From Hamiltosporidium tvaerminnensis FI-OER-3-3 (Eukaryota; Fungi; Microsporidia), in contig JAKIMF020000001.1 of the NCBI GenBank assembly GCA_022605425.2, positions 496,001 to 560,000 on the forward strand: a DNA stretch of 64,000 nt, given 5' to 3'. The notes under the pieces are model-generated. The model had not been told where the DNA came from. It ran no database searches and saw nothing but the letters and a program-made list of their open reading frames with translations. The translations under genes and the position numbers were made by a program. Positions 1 to 13,057 of the stretch are shown piece by piece; position 1 is the stretch's first letter; the number at the start of each line of letters is the position of its first letter.

Positions 1-543
1 TTTTTTACAATGTTTAGTTCGGGAAACAATACTGAAAGAATAAGAATGAGAAATCAAAGAACAGACAATGAAACAATACTTGATTTATATTGTGGAATAG
101 GTTATTTTTTAATACCTTTGCTTTTAAATAATCCAAGTAGTAATGGAATTGCATGTGAAATAAACAAATACAGCCAGATTGCTTTAATAAAAAATATTGA
201 AGTTAATAAACTTCAAAACAGAATTACAATTTGTTGTGGTAATCACAGTTCTTTTATCGATTTATATATAAACAAGTGTGATAGGATTATTATGGGATAT
301 TTGCCATGCCCTTTTGAGGGTATCAAATATGCAGTGATTGCTTTGAAGAATACCGGTACTATTCATTTTCATAAAGTAATAGAAAAAAATGAAACAGAAA
401 GTTATTTTTCTAAAATTAAAGATCATCTATTAAAATATTTTGAAGATGTAAAGCTAGAATCTCTAACGAAAGTGAAATCATATTCGGTAAGACAATATCA
501 TTTCGTCTTTGACATTAAAGTATTAAATAAATTAAAATTTTAA
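1..543 (+). CDS. TYW2: tRNA wybutosine-synthesis aminocarboxypropyltransferase TYW2/Trm12 (Met-10+/Trm5 superfamily), 5'-truncated by the window edge
   Basis: The frame is open from base 1. Motifs MFSSGNxxERxRM, SAM-binding DLYCGIGYF, DRIIMGYLP and VKSYS..YHFVFD fit TYW2/Taw2 better than Trm5. Confidence 0.75.
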   Translation, partial: FFTMFSSGNNTERIRMRNQRTDNETILDLYCGIGYFLIPLLLNNPSSNGIACEINKYSQIALIKNIEVNKLQNRITICCGNHSSFIDLYINKCDRIIMGYLPCPFEGIKYAVIALKNTGTIHFHKVIEKNETESYFSKIKDHLLKYFEDVKLESLTKVKSYSVRQYHFVFDIKVLNKLKF

Positions 544-3500
544 TATATCTTTAAATTTTTAGTAAATATTTAAGAAAAAAAAGTGAAAGAAATCTTAAGT
601 ACAAAAAGGAAATTTTCTCAAGATTAGTTGTTCATTTGCATGTCTATAACCACATAATTATTTCAAAGACTCATTGCTTTTAAAACATATAAATTATTGT
701 CATATATTCTTTAAACTGTATTTTTTTAATATTAGTTTAAATTTATTTTTCTTTCGGGTCTAACTTTAAGTTTTCGAGTAAAGTGGTAGTACATTTAAAA
801 AAGAATAATTCATATATAATCTAACCTAGAATGTTCATGTTTAAGGCTTTACTCTCATAATTCTTGTTACGGACCATTCCTAGTTTTAAATTTAACGATA
901 TTTTTAAAGTCAGATTTATATAAAGTGCCTTAATGTGAAAAATAAGATTTCGTTAGATTGTAATATAGAGACGTACACCGTTTCCACTATGTAATTCCTG
1001 TAAGAAAATATCATGAACTTTATTGAAAAGAATCTGCGACGTCGAGAATAGAATAAACTTTAAAAGCTTTGAAATCATTGGTATCGTCTTCTTTTCAGAG
1101 AAATAGAGAAGAGTTAACTTAGTTGTTTTTCAGAAGGATGTTTTTGTGAAATATAAAATTAAAAAGCTGATAATTAGCCAACATACTATATTGTCAATAA
1201 ACTAGAAACAAAACTGAATATACTTCGCGTATCACTAAGATAGCGAAAAACCTGGCTAATAACCAGGTAACTTGAATGTGTATCTAACGCTTTTAATAAA
1301 GAAATCTATTTCTAGAGGCGTCGGACCTACAAAATATTTAAGCACGACGTATTTTGTTTTAATGGTAAATATAAAAGTAAAATAGAATAGAAATTGAATA
1401 TAATATGTTTCCTTTGATCAAAGATAAAATTTAATATATAGAGCCAGCCCCCAGTGCCAAACGGCACAAATTAAAAATTAAATTTGATTATAAAGTTTTA
1501 AAGGAGATTTTAACTAATAAATCATAATTTAGATGCAGTTTTTTTAATTATGAACCAATCATTTCTTTTTTTTTTAATTTTATCGGATGTGAATAACAAA
1601 GGCGAAGAGATAAGAAGATATGTTTTAAAATATTCTAACTGGGCCATTTTTTGATCCCGATTTCGATAAAATCAAGAATTAATGATATGACATTTTTTAA
1701 AAAAATACAACATTCTTTTAAAACTGTAGCACACTTTATTTTTTTCTAAAATTAACCGAGATCTAGGTTTATATAAATATCTGATTCCTCGAGACTCATT
1801 GGTTACCTCGAAAAATATCTACAACCCGGAGAATTTCATTTGAAACATGGTTACTTTCTTTACATAAGAAAGGTATATAAAATAATAATTGAGCTAGATA
1901 TCATTAAGATTACAAATTTCTAAAGAAGTATTCTATGCTTATCTGCGAAATTCTTTGGTATAAAACTACAGAAATACTTTCGTTTTTAGCACTAATATAA
2001 TTTATGATTCAAAAATAATTTAATAATTTGATGGTAGGAATACTAATAGTTCTCTCAAACAGACTCTTTTTTGGCAATATTAATCCAATTCGAAATATAA
2101 AAGAGTTTCAAATTTATTTTATCGAATGTAAGCTAATCTATGAATTTGCTTGGAAACAAAACACATAAGAAATTAACAATAGTTTTTAATAATCCAATGG
2201 GTAATGTTTTAAAGTGAGTATTTTTGGTTTTTTTATTAATATTTTTTCTAGCGCATAATACATTTGTCATGTTTCGATATTCCGAATATTCTCAAAGTAT
2301 TTTTTATGTTTGATGGATTTTGGTTGGTTTAATATTTTTTGATATAAAGTAAATATAATGTACATTTCTGTTTCAAAAATTTTATCAATGAAACGTTTTA
2401 AATTCTTTGATATTTTTTGAAAGAAAAAACCAATAAATTTAAACATTTTGGATATTTTTGAGTAAAAAAAATAGTTAAAGTTAATTTTACTCATAAATTT
2501 GTTCCGATAAAAAGTATCCTTAGGTTTTTTTTTTAATTTTTGCGCTTGAGAAATATATTATTCAGTTAATTGTACATTTATCAATGAATCAACATAAATT
2601 TAAAGAATAATTCTCAAGTCGTTGATAAAAGATCAATTCGAGATGGTATAGCATATTCTCTTGTATAATTAAACAAAAATAATTTTAATGAATCACTCCA
2701 ATAAATCCGAAATTGAATTTTAAATTTTAATTTTATTATAGGAAGCTTTAGAGCTAAATACTTTCTATTTTCAAGCATATATAAAACAATTGGAATTTTT
2801 ATTTGATATATATCAACTTCTTTAAAAATTGAAAAATTAGAGTTTTTTGCTCGATATTGATGAATTCTATGTTTGGCAGAGATATCTGCACACTGGCATT
2901 ACCTGCTATAATAGTACTTTGCTAAGATTTTCAACAAAATAATATGTCAAACAATTCTTTAAGCGGAATAGTAGGACGTGGTTCGTTAATTTGCATTGCT
3001 GGCGCGTAATTTGCCTACAAAACGCAGTTTCTGCTCCAAAGAAACCAGTATTCCTACTTTTTCACATTTTTTGAACCTAATAAATTTCGAAATAATATAC
3101 GCCTCTGCGAGTTACATGGAGTTTATCTAAACCTTTGGATATCATATCAACTATTACAATCTACTACCTGATTTTTGCCGGGTTCTAAAAAAGTGTGTTT
3201 TTTGTACTTCCTAGGCGCCAAGTCTTCCAACTTGGGTGATCAAGGTACGTTTCATGATTTCGTATGGGGCAATACTTATATTATTATTTTTGAATTAATT
3301 CTTCAGGTATTAAATGTGGTATGTTCTACGACTGCAACCTTTCATTATACCTTTATTACGTGCAAAAGCAATCAAATATAAGTTAATTATCTTGGCAAAT
3401 TATTTAAGCTTAACCAAATTTATATTTATAGTTTATTTTTCTTCAAAGAATGGTGAAAAATTTATTTCTACGAAAGTCAGATTTTAAAAGCTATATATCT

Positions 3501-6500
3501 CAGAAAATAAATGGTAAGCCTAATTAAATAGAATTCATTTTCGATTTCAACTATTTTTTAATACATTTTGTATTTCTTCTGATTTATGAATTAAAATTCC
3601 TATTATTTTTTTAATAAATATATATTACAATAAAGGTCTCCTTATATAATATCCATTAATAGCATTTCATATTTTGATTGATTATCATAATCTTCTATAA
3701 AACAGTATTCCCTAACTTTCAATTTCTTTTGATTATATTTGGGTTGCTTTTTTTGAGAAAAAATAGCTCATATTAGATTATTAAGATCTTATTTATTAAT
3801 CTAATATTGATTTTCTTCTAATACTTAAGTATTAAATTTATATTTTGCAATCACTCATCATTTTCAAAAATTTGGGGACCGAGATGTTAGTATTAGTTTA
3901 CTTTGTAAACGAAACAACCTTAACGAAGAATTGTTTGTTTCTATCTAGAGAACCGGTTCTAATTCATAAATATTAGAATGCAAAACATCATTCAATGTTT
4001 TATTAACAGTGTTGGTTAGAGTTTTTAATATCCAACTTCTTATTGTCTTAATTAGCCTTTTCTAATTGTGCTGGTGCATATAATTCTCGGAACCTTTTGA
4101 AAATTAGTCTTATATCTAGAATACTATAAAATACATTTAACGTCTGGTTTAAAAAATACGTTGCTCGTTTTAACTTGGAAGTTATGGGCCCAGTAAAATT
4201 TATATATATTCTAATGGTTTTTAAATTTATTGAGCGCACATATTTTGCAATTCGAAATACTATAGAAACCTATTGTAAATGCAAATTACATTTAAATTCA
4301 AGATTCTCGCTTTCGTTTTTCTCATTTATGTTAATATCTACGAAACTTATAAATCAACTATAAATTTAGTTGCTAATGTTTTTTTTTGGGTTCCCGTAAG
4401 TTATTACGACTCATATTCAAAAAAAGTTTTACATGATCATTGGAGCTTTTATAATTTGTAATCGATAGACATAATATTTTTCTGAGGTATATCCACATTT
4501 TTTTCCCTAGAATGACTTGAAATATATTCTGTACTAAAATTTATTTTTAATGCCGCAGATTCATGTTTAACTAGTCCACTTTTTGAGGCACTATCAGATA
4601 TTTTATAGAATAAGAATCGTGAATTATTACAAAATCCTGGCTGATGTTTCTAAAGGTTATTTTCGTAAATTTTTAAAACCAAATGGCTAGTTTTTTGAAC
4701 AAGGAAATATTTTTTTGTTTTTCTAAAAGTGATTTACCTCTAAAACTTTCATCATGGAGGTTATATTTATATAAATTTAAACAAATGAAAATATTAGAAA
4801 CATCCCAAATTATGAATTATGTTTTATACGATTATGTACATAACGTTTAGATTTAAAAATATTTCATTCTTGTTGAACATTTAAGCAATTTTCAGAAGGC
4901 TTTTTTTGCCAGATGTAAGTTTTTTCCGAACAATATTATCGCTGGTTAAAATTACAAAGAAAGGTTTTATAAAAAATGTGTCCTGTAAAATACCGAAATT
5001 TGAAGTGGTTGGATTTTAAGAATAGTTTTGGTTAAATAATAAGCTTTATAAAATTTTCCGGAATATTCTCTGTATTTTTCGACATTCAATATCGATTGAG
5101 GTTGAACAAATATACAGAAACATATTTTCATAATGATTCTTACACTTTAATACATGTTATTTTTAATTGAGAGGTCTTGTATAGATTTTTTCTCACAAAC
5201 ATTAGCTTCTATATTGTATTTTGAATCATGCTTTTTCAAATGCCTCAAATTGGAATGATATTTAGCATGTGTTTTCTAGTCAAAACTTTATTTTTTTGTG
5301 ATTTTTTTTAGACTTATATTTACATGATATATATAAAATACAGCAGCTTAAAAACCAGAATATTTAAAATTTAATCGAAATTAAAAATTATTTTTATTGT
5401 ACAATACTATTATAAATTATAGGATGCTATTTTTATAGTGATTAATTTTCATAATTAATCAAACAATGCCTTATGATTTTTGCGTTTGTATGAATTCGAT
5501 ATTTATCTATAATAGATAAGTAGACGGATTGCGCATTTGATTTATGACATCAAAATGGCTTTTTTGACTGGGAAAATATTATCGCTTTGAACTATATGTA
5601 TAAAAAAAATCCGAGAAGATTAAAAAATATAGTATTTTCCTAAAATAAAATTAGGAGGTACTTTCTCGTTAACTTATCAAATTAGTTCAAATATTAAACG
5701 CGACTTTTGATATTTTTTTCTGAAATATATTTTATATTGTTTAGGTGTGTAAAATAAAGCTCTATATATTCAAAGACTAAACCATGTCATTTATATAGTT
5801 TTGTTTTCGATAGAATACGCTACTGTTATTTTTCAGGTATTTGGAAAATAAGTAAGCATATAACATGCGAAATTTTTACGCTTGAAATAGAAATTTCATA
5901 AAAAATATTCTTTTTAGATTAAACAATTATACAGAATAAAATAGAGAGAAAATATATAAAAAATACAATTATTCTTATAAAAATATTAAAGTTATTTTAA
6001 ATTTAAAAAAAATTTAAGCATAGATAGGCAATTAAAAGTTTCAGAAAGTAATTACAAGGTTTTTTTTGGTTCATAAAAAGTGTTAAAAGAGAGGAATTTA
6101 AAAAAAAATATACATACCAGATACATAGGATTCAAATATCTGTTAGGTCTTTAATTTTTAAATAAAACCTATTTTTGGATATAAGAAGTTATTTGTTTTA
6201 ATCAAATTTATATTTGTGTTACGAGAAAGAAAATCAACTGCAATCATCGGACTTTTGATTGATTATTTTTATTCTTTGCGTGACCATAGTTTTCAAAATA
6301 TTTAATCATATAATGCTGTCTTTAACAAAACTAGATTCCAAAGTAAATATTAGAACAAACAAATACATTACCATTTCCGTTTCAATCAAGATCATCACTA
6401 AAAAAGAGATCTGGCTATCAAAAAAATCAGGCAAAAACGCATAATAATGCTCCAAAGGAGAACATGAGACAAAAAATTGTTTCATTTTCACTAATTACTT

Positions 6501-6574
6501 TTTTAAGCTTTAAATAGAGTTTTAAAATAAATGAAAATGATAATTCGGATGAGTTATTTTATTGGTTACATATA

Positions 6575-9500
6575 CTACTACTAGATAGCGCTACGGCTAT
6601 TATAGAGCCCTGATTTCTTTGACGATTTTGCTCTATTATTTTCTAACTTTCGCTTTTTTCACCTACTGTTTCACATTAAATATTTATAGAAATTATCTAC
6701 ATCATCCATTCATATATCCTGTGGTTTAACCTTGGTTCTTTTCCAATTGGGTTTATACATATAGACTTGGTTTGCCTCTCTATCAGACTGCATTGGTATT
6801 ACATGTCCTAGCCACGTTAATCTACCTCTTTTTGTTTTAGTCCCTTTTTTTTTCACGAAAGAAGTCATAAATTTCTTGATTAGTTCAACTTTTTCGCACA
6901 TTTTTTTTGGATTTCAGCTATATATTCTGCGAAAATTTTCATTCTCATGTGTCTAAAATTAGCTCATCTATTTTTCTTCATAATCCAAGTCTTTTATCTA
7001 TACATTACAACAGAGCGTATAATTGTCCTATATATATTCTTTTTCGAATTCCTACTTATTTATGTTGATTTAATCAAGCATTGTAGCACAAAGTAAACTT
7101 TATTTCCTGCTTTCATATTTTCCTTAATTACCCCTATTGCTTTTGTTAGTTTCATTTATTTAAGTTCCCAAATACAAAGCTCGATACCCTTTCAGACTTC
7201 ATTGAATCGATTTCGAAAGCATTTTTAAAGTTATTTGGCGAAAATTTCATTTCCTGTTACTTTTTTTTGTTTTATCTTTAATCCGGCTTTTGTTGATTCT
7301 GTTACGATTGTACCAAAAAGATTTTATTTTGATTTCTTTCTGCATATTTTAGTTAGATCGTCGGCATATGTTAGGCATAAATTTTTCCTATCATATATAA
7401 TTTCATTTCCTCAGATTTTGTTTTTACGAATAATATTTTCCATTGTTAGGTTTCATAGAATCCACGAAACTTATCTCCTTTCTTTAGGTTTTTGCTTATT
7501 CTAGAATCATTTGAAATATTGTTTGTTATCCATATCTTTCCTTTTCGTTTCTGCTAGAGTTAATTTTATAATTCCTATCAGTTTTGATGGAATTCGAGAA
7601 TCCCCAATAGCATTAAACATGTATTTCCGATGATTAGTATCAATAGCTGTTTATAATCTAGAAAAAATTGATATGTAGGAATATTATATTCGTAGCATTT
7701 TTCCAAGATCATTCTTTCTAAAAAATATTTGATCTGTTGTAGACTCTCCTTTACGGAATCGTCATTGATAATCTCATATAATTATTCAGCTCTTTCTCTG
7801 ATCTATTGGCAACTTTTTCGCTTAAAACTTTATCACCAGTATTTAATAGAGATCTTCTTCTATAATTAGACTTGTTTATCTTCGTACCTGTCATATGTAA
7901 AGGTATTATCAGATTTAAATCCGTTCCTCGGGCATTTCTGCATTTTTTTGATATGATTTTAACTAATTCGTATAAATTTGCGAATAATTTATCACGCCCG
8001 TATTTTACAAACTAAGCTTAAGTTTTATGTTCATCCGGTGCTCTATGATTTATCAAACATACAATGGCAGTTATTGTTACTTAGAGAGTTGGATCTTCGA
8101 TTGTTTTAATATTCTTACTTCGCTGAATTATTATGATATTCTTCCTTATCAGATTTATCCTCTTTCATGCAGTTTAGGAGGCTTTCAAAATATTTAGCTA
8201 TGTATCGAAACTTTTTGGGATCCGAAAAATTTCCACTATTCGTTTCTTATAAAATAAAGGCTTTGGATACAAGGCCTTGTTTCTCATTTCATATGAATTC
8301 ATACATTCTTCTTATATTTTTACTTTCTTCTATTCATTCTATTTCTTTTAGCCTTTTAATCCTCAGACCCTCTATTTTCCCATTAAAACACGGCTTTCAT
8401 TGGTTCTTGATGTACAGAACTTCTGTTTTATAACAATGGTATTAGGTTGTCGCATTTTTAATTCTGGCTTTGATTCGTTGATTATAACCTCCCTATACTC
8501 TTGATCGAATCAAGATCTCGTATCTCAGGTTTATTTAAATCCCATCATTTGTTCTGCTGTTTCTTTGATTGTTTTCTTTATCTTGGTCCAGATGTCATCT
8601 ATGTCAGCTGATTTATAAGGCTTGTTCATGTTTAAAGGTTTAGTCAGCGTCTTTGCATATTTTCTCAAATATTCAAATCATTCGGCATATAGTATCATAT
8701 CTTTCTAATTTAGATTTTCCGGGGGTTTTGAGGCGGATATTCGCTGCCTATAAATCATCTTAACCAAAAAGTGATCTAGATTCACCTCAGTGCCTCCAAA
8801 GCTCTTCACATTCATGACACTTGATGCCTGTTTCGAATCAATAAATACGTGGTCGATTTGATTGAATGGTATACCATCCGGAGATCGCCAAGTGTATTTA
8901 TGCATTGTTTTATGGGAAAAATAACTGCTAGAATATGTCATGCTCTTACACATTGCAAAATTGATCTGTGTGATTCCATTGATTTTGGCTCTGTATGGAT
9001 AGTTTCCTGTCAGATAATAGGCTTGCACCCTATCTCCTTTCCTATATTTGAGTTCAAATTTCATATAACAATTTTATGTATTATTTTTTCGGGCACATTC
9101 GTAGGCAAATAGGAATCATTCATAGAATGCATAGTTTATTTCTTCATTAGTATCTTCAGCTGGGTCATGAATACATATCAATTTCGTGTTAAAGAAATGC
9201 CCCTTGAATCTTATTGAGCAGAATCGTTTATCAATAGGCTTATATCCCAAAACATTTTTCACAAGATTTTTTTTATGTAAAAAATGCTGTGCCCAGTACG
9301 TTAGTCGTGTTACCGCGGTAGAACACTCTGTATTCCTTTGCTTTTATCATATCTGACCCTTTTCATCTGATTTCTTGCAGTAAAACAATATCAATTTTAT
9401 ATTTCACTAATTCCTTAGATAGATTAGATGATGCACCTAATTGAAAAAGGCTTCGCATCATCCATGTTCCAATATTAATTAGACTTTTTTTCATTATTTG

Positions 9501-9642
9501 ATTTTTTTTAGAACTTATTTATTACGTTTCGGATCCGTAAAAATATGGTTATGTGAGATAAGAGTGTTGGCTCTATGCTCAACTCCTCCTTTATTCATAG
9601 TTGGGACCAGCAGAGCAGAACTCGTCGTATCTCTCACAAAGT
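6575..9642 (-). mobile_element. Full-length, decayed RTE-type non-LTR retrotransposon (APE endonuclease + RT)
   Basis: Remnant motifs INIGTW, LQEIR, HKYTWRSPDG..NQIDHVFID, YADDL and RLTWLGHV; (TAG)n 3' tail; 13-bp target-site duplication TTGGTTACATATA at 6562-6574 and 9643-9655; many stops and frameshifts. Confidence 0.9.
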
Positions 9643-10149
9643 TTGGTTACATATAGATATAAATATTTTATGTATAAAATAATTATGCAGTTATTTTTAA
9701 ATTGTTTTATTGAATATAGAAGATGGTTTATTAAGGCGCGAATTTAATCCACTGGTATTATTTTTTAAATTCAGTGAATAAAAAAATATCCAATTAGGAA
9801 TAGCTTAAAAGTTGGGACAAAGACTTACTGGTAAAATTATTTTTGAAAGCTTGAAATAATCTTTCACATTTTAAGTTCTAATATTGTCGTAACTTCTTCG
9901 AAGCATGCAGATTTAGTGTATTTTGGTAGAATGGCTTTGTTTTTTGAAATAAATAGCTTGGTGACCGTGTTACCAAAGAAATGTTTTGATTAAAAGGTTT
10001 ATTTATTGACTTCCGCAAGTTTTTTTCTTCAATCTTTCTTCTATTCTTATGGATTAAATAAAATAATTTTTTTTTTGAGAAAAACTATTTAATAGAATTC
10101 TAGGTTAACAAAATTTATCTTTTTTATATAATTTTATCTAAATAATAAC

Positions 10150-11050
10150 TCCATCGCTATGCTTTTTTACATCTGGCTCTTCATTCATGTTTATTGTCGA
10201 TTCTTCTACTCTGATTACGTCATCAAAAATAAGGTATAAAATATTTTCGATGTTTGATATTTTAACACCACATTCCTAGTTATTTACTCGCTCGAAGGTG
10301 GTGTTTGTTTTTTATGCATCTCTGGTAATTAAATAACACATAAAGACACACTCTCCTTACCTTCTTCGCGATTTAGTCTCTATTCGAGTGCTCTTCTCTG
10401 ATCAGAATATAATTTTCGACTGTCTTCTTTAGTACTATCGACCAGATACATGACTTTATACTCTCAGATATTTATAGTCTTTTCACATTTGTACTATGGT
10501 ATTTTGTTACAATACCGTTCCGGTTCATCACATAAGGAATTATCACCATGATCCATTTATAAATAAGACCTAGTTTATTTTGAATAAGTCATGCTTTCTA
10601 AGCTTATCTGTTTTAACTATCTTAAGAAAGTCTTGAGATTGTTTCTTACCTAAATAAGAGTTATCATATTTTTCCTCTTATTTTAGATTAATATATATGG
10701 CTTATTAGACCTTTTTCGCCATCAGTTTGATTCCGGCGTTAATTTTAATCTTTGCATGCTCGTTATCAAGAATTCCTGCATTGAGTGACTACTAATTTGT
10801 TTCAAAACTCAAATTTATATCTATTAAGTAAGATTAGATATATGTATCGTATCATTTCATTTTTTCCTCTAGTATAACCATGGCTGTCCATTTTTTCACA
10901 TCTCGTCGTCAAATAGTCTAATTTTTCCTTGATAGTGTTGTAGTGTTGACTCTTATTTTCTAATCCCCCAGAATACATTTTTGCCCCGGATATAGCAGAA
11001 CACTGTTTGATCAAGTAATCTTACATTCCGCTTTTTAATCATTCTTAGAG
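10150..11050 (-). pseudogene. Decayed coding sequence, possibly a retroelement Gag-like remnant
   Basis: Coding-like composition, a 70-aa ORF fragment and a degenerate zinc-knuckle-like CDEPERYCNK near 10500-10535. Boundaries are approximate. Confidence 0.3.
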
Positions 11051-11204
11051 TAAATTTAAACTTATCTGCTCGTTATTTTTAGTATTATATAACTTTGAAT
11101 GTAGTTTTATTTTTCTATTTCGTTGCATAGGTTAGCTAGTTGAAATTCTTTAAATTTCTTCTTTGTGGCTTCATCTTTCAACCTGTATTTTATTCTTAAA
11201 AAGT

Positions 11205-11369
11205 TTTATGCGAAAATACAATTACTGGTTTTTGTACAGTAGGATAGTACACGGAATGTAAAGCAAATCCTCTATAATCTCGAATTACAATAGATTAAAA
11301 GAAACAGATTAAAAATTTAATTTGTACAGCGTCAATACCGAAAAAAAGAGAAATGGAATAAGTAAGTAA
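11205..11369 (+). repeat. Short dispersed SINE-like repeat, copy A
   Basis: Ends in GAGAAATGGAA-TAAGTAAGTAA and aligns by eye with 14580-14782 and 36055-36258. Confidence 0.6.
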
Positions 11370-13057
11370 CTAAGAATACTAAGCATATATACATTCAATT
11401 TTAGAGAAATATTTGTTTATAAACCTAATAGTAATTATAAAAGAACCTAACAAAACTAGAAAATATCTATAAAACCAAGCTTTTCGTTGTGTATAATTTA
11501 TAAATATCGCTAATCTGTAGAACAATATATTTTTCGCTAAAAGTACAAAATAAAGGAATTGAAATGCGGTTGAGCTATAGACTCTTAAACTATAGCTTTT
11601 GGTTAATTAAAATTACACTTGTTTTTATTTTTATAAAACGAACTAGCATTATAGAAGAAATTTACGGAAAAAGTCTTTTCAGCAAACAAATTCGAATATC
11701 GATTATCCCGAAGTGTATTTTTATATCTAAAATGAAAAAAATAAAACTATCAAGGGTTTCCAAAGATTCATTCACTTATTTGAAAGTTTGAATAATGATA
11801 GTAATTGGAAAAAAAAGATATTCAAACATAGTATAGCTTTCTTTGTTATGTTCAAGGCGAGTGTATATTACAAAAACCTATTTGAACTTCCTAGTAATTC
11901 TGGAAAATTAAAGAAATATTGGTAAATTTCAGTGCAAAACTACGGATGGGGAATTAAATCAAATTTTAAGCCATATTTACTTGATTTTATAACATGTTTT
12001 TAAAATTATGAAAGCAATCTAATAAAATGTATCGCTACTTTTATGTTTTATAAATTGTAAAGAGGGATTGCAGGAAATAGTGTTAACACAAGAAAAAAAA
12101 AATTTCAAAATATTTTGAATAGGAATTAAATATATTTTAAGTTCAGTTGTAGAAAACTTTATCTAGGACAATCTTCAAATGCCAAAGTATTAAAAAAATA
12201 GAAATAAATTAAATTGAAATAAAACTAGGTTTTATTATCTTTTACTAATTGTAAAAGTATTTTTAAAAACTTAGAGTGATATTCTAGATACAAGTTTATA
12301 TAGTATCAACAACAAGTGAATAAACATTTAGGTTTTGGTTTTAGTATCGGTTATTAGTTTCAGAGTAATACTAAAATGTGAAACATATTATAAGAAGGAT
12401 ATAATATTGTAGTAGATTGAGAAAACTTTTGTTTTCTAAACTCTAGTCTGAATGTATTTAGACAGCCGATCAGCAAGGTATTGGAAAAACAATGAAAAGA
12501 ACTATAAAAACATATTTTCTGATATGTGATTAAGTTTTAAATTTATAAACATTATATAAGAGTGATTCTGTTTATATTTTACCCAAAAAAATCGGAAATA
12601 TGATGGAAATAGAAACAAGTGTCTGACAAAATTAACATTGTGGGAAATAACAAAAATTATAAATTCACTTAATTAATTAATTCTTGAAATCATATGCCTT
12701 AATAATTTGAATTAAACGATTAAACAATTGATTTTTTTAAAAATTTAATTATGTATTTCAAAAACAATTGCAAAGTTCGATAGATATGTTTATCTAGCTT
12801 AGAAAGCTAAAAAAATATGCTACTTTTTTATTATTCCTTGTGATATTATTAAATTTTTTTTACATTTCCAAAAACTAGAAAATAGATTAATATATATTTC
12901 TGATTTAAATTAAATTGTAATAAATTAATACCGATCTAGGAACCAGAGAAAAGTCTATATTTAATAATAGTAATTTACTTCATATTGTTATGATTTTTAT
13001 TTATCACAGTTTTTTAAATAAAATATAAGTAAGATATTCAAAATACGTTGATTTGGT

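Noticed and set aside
2267-9112. Many 60-120 aa ORFs here, in the mirror arm, at 25765-29675 and at 36967-39468
   Set aside because: They are F/I/L/K-rich chance ORFs or antisense and off-frame pieces of decayed LINEs. Their presence in both arms reflects the duplication, not selection.
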